Origin: Okamejei kenojei
Taxonomy: Eukaryota
DNA: 64,000 nt
NCBI GenBank assembly: GCA_035221665.1
Contig: CM069132.1
Coordinates: forward strand, 141,112,001-141,176,000
Direction of reading: 5' to 3'
Of this stretch, positions 62,000 through 64,000 are shown in pieces. Under the pieces are notes generated by a model. That model saw only the letters and a program-made list of their open reading frames with translations, was not told the origin of the DNA and did not search any database. Every line of letters starts with the position of its first letter. Position 1 is the first letter of the stretch. The position numbers and the translations under genes were made by a program.

Positions 62000-63410
62000 T
62001 ATGCTCAAAGGTAAGAGAAGGTGAGAGGCACAACCAATTAGGATTTTTCTACGGAAATAATCCGTGTTGGTGTGAACTGGACAACTACACCTGTGGAGAT
62101 TGTGTCCCGGTGCAAATCCTGAAGGACCGTGTTGGGGAACTGGAGCAGCAGCTGGATGATCACAGGACCATCCGGGAAAATGAGAGCTTAACTGGACAGG
62201 ATCTACGTTGAGGTTGTTACGCCAAGGATACAAGAAGAGCGAAGAGGAAGGGAAGTGAGCGGAGTGCAGGAGACCCCGGTGGCTGTACCTATACAAAACA
62301 GGTACACCCTCTTGCAAGCTGTCGGGATGGACGGCACTTCCAGTCCGAGCGGCAAACTTGTCTTTCAATCAAATCCTGGCTCCGAGGAGCAACCAGAGAG
62401 ACCTACATCAGTAGCGGTTGGTGACTCAATAGTGAGAGGTATGGAAAGGAGATTCTGTGGCAACAGGCGAGACTCCAGGATGGTTTGTGGCTTCCCTGGT
62501 GCCAGGGTCCAAGACGTCTTGGACCGATTGCTGGGCATCCTCAAGGGGGAAGGGGAGCAGCCGGATGTGGTTATGCATATCGGCACAAACGAGGTCGGGA
62601 AGAAGAGGAAGGAGGTTCTACAAGGTGAGTTTAGAGAGTTAGGAAGAAGGCTGAAAAGCAGGACCTCCAGGGTGGTTATCCCTGGTTTGCTTCCAGTATC
62701 TCGTGCTGGTGAGGGCAGGAACAGGGATATAGGGGATCTAGATTTGTGGCTGAGGAGCTGGTGCAGGGGGCTGGGATTGAGATTGATAGACCACTGGGAT
62801 CTCCTCTGGGGTATTGGTGACCTGTACAAAAGGGATGGGTTGCACCTTAACTGGAGGGGGACCAACCTTCTGACAGGCAGGTTTGTTAGTGTTACACGGG
62901 TTGGTTTAAACTAAATAGTGGGAGGGAGGGGTCGACAAATTGGAAGTATAAGGATGGAGTTAAAGGGAAAGAGAGTTCAGGAAAAGTTATAAAAGACACC
63001 CGGATTAATGGGACGGAAAGTTCAACAAGGGATAAGAGAGTAAGGTCAGGTGAAAAAGGAAGCGGTGTGAGAGGGGAGGTGAATACCAAATTAAAGTATT
63101 ATATATGAATGTGCAAAGTATAAGAAATAAAGTGGATGAGCTTGAGGCTCAGTTAGAGATTGGTAGGCATGATGTTGCGGGAATTACAGAGACATGGTTG
63201 CAAGAGGATCGGAGCTAGGAACTGAATATTCAGGGTTATTCATCCTATTGAAAAGACAGGCAGGTGGGCAATGGGGTAGCTCTGTTGGCAAAGAATGAAA
63301 TTTAGTCCTTTGCGAGGGGTGACATAGAATCAGAAGATGTAAATCACTGTGGATGGAACTGAGAAATTGTAAGAGTGAAAAGACCCTAATGGGAGATATC
63401 TACATGCACC
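62000..63410 (+). mobile_element. CR1 LINE 5' portion: ORF1 (Cys motif, coiled coil, SGNH esterase) and the start of ORF2 (AP endonuclease)
   Basis: YTCGDCVPVQILKDRVGELEQQLDD; esterase blocks VGDSIVR, HIGTNE and RDGLHLN (ORF 62255-62914); from about 63095, LYMNVQSIRNKVDELE..VAGITETWL with stops. Confidence 0.9.
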
Positions 63411-63610
63411 CAAACATGCATCTATCTCTGCCTTAAAAATATCAATTGACTTGGCCTCCACGGACCCTATAGGGAGAGAACTCAATTGCAGAATCACATC
63501 TGTGGGTGAGTGAAGACACACAGTATTGGGTTCAGCTTGTAAGGCTTTGTTCCCAGTGGGTTCACAAGGGAGCTTTCTGAACGTTTTGTGAGACATTAAT
63601 GGTGTTATTA

Positions 63611-63905
63611 TGGATTCAGAAAGTATTCAGACCCCTTCACTTTTTCCACATTTTGTTACGTTACAGCCTTATTTTAAAATGGATTAAATTATTTTTGTTT
63701 TATCATCATCCACACACAATACCCAGAATAAAGAAGCAAAAACAGGTGTTTAAAAATATTTATTATTTAGATTTGTTATTTGTTATTAAAGATAATTGAA
63801 ATATCATATTTACATAAGTATTCAGACACTTTGCTATGACACTCAAAATTGAGCTTAGGTTCACCCTGTTTCCATTGATTATCCTTTAGATGTTTCTACA
63901 ACTTA
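63611..63905 (+). mobile_element. Tc1/mariner (IR/DR type) terminal inverted repeat fragment
   Basis: TTCAGAAAGTATTCAGACCCCTTCACTTTTTCCACATTTTGTTACGTTACAGCCTTATT resembles fish Tc1-like TIRs; the inner direct repeat AAGTATTCAGAC recurs at 63816-63827. Confidence 0.8.
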
Positions 63906-64000
63906 CATGGAAACATAGAAAATAGGTGCAGGAGGAGGCCATTTGGCCCTTTGGCACTTCGAGCCATTCATTGTGATCTCGGCTGATCGTTCCGCTATCA

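Noticed and set aside
62255-62914. Host SGNH lipase/esterase gene
   Set aside because: It is followed directly by a LINE AP-endonuclease start, so it is CR1 ORF1.
44171-64000. Upstream CTNND2 exon (..IDPIYEDRVYQKPP..)
   Set aside because: I searched the minus strand by eye and did not find it. It probably lies outside the window, but a tBLASTn search is needed to be sure.

Overview
This is eukaryotic, repeat-dominated genomic DNA. The repeat complement (HE1/V-SINE-like SINEs, HER1-like CR1 LINEs, Deu-domain SINEs) points to a cartilaginous fish, probably a skate or ray (inference). The only host coding sequence I can support is one 238-nt minus-strand exon (43933-44170) of delta-catenin CTNND2; the rest appears intronic. 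Transposable elements include: a structurally complete but decayed DIRS1 tyrosine-recombinase retrotransposon (12648-17220) with ITRs and an internal complementary region; an internally deleted and inverted Gypsy LTR element (55890-57627); many CR1, Rex1/Babar and RTE LINE fragments; V-SINEs; Harbinger-type MITEs; a Tc1 end; a Helitron 3' end; and Penelope GIY-YIG fragments. The most striking signal is a family of about 20 short (100-260 bp) non-coding Penelope-derived units. They carry a minimal hammerhead-ribozyme core (CTGAAGA-A-GGGTC-TC-GACCC-GAAA-CGTC), often as fold-back pairs, and many have their own 10-18 bp target-site duplications. They therefore look like independently mobilised, retrozyme-like elements. 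All alignments and family calls were made by eye and from memory, not by database search.
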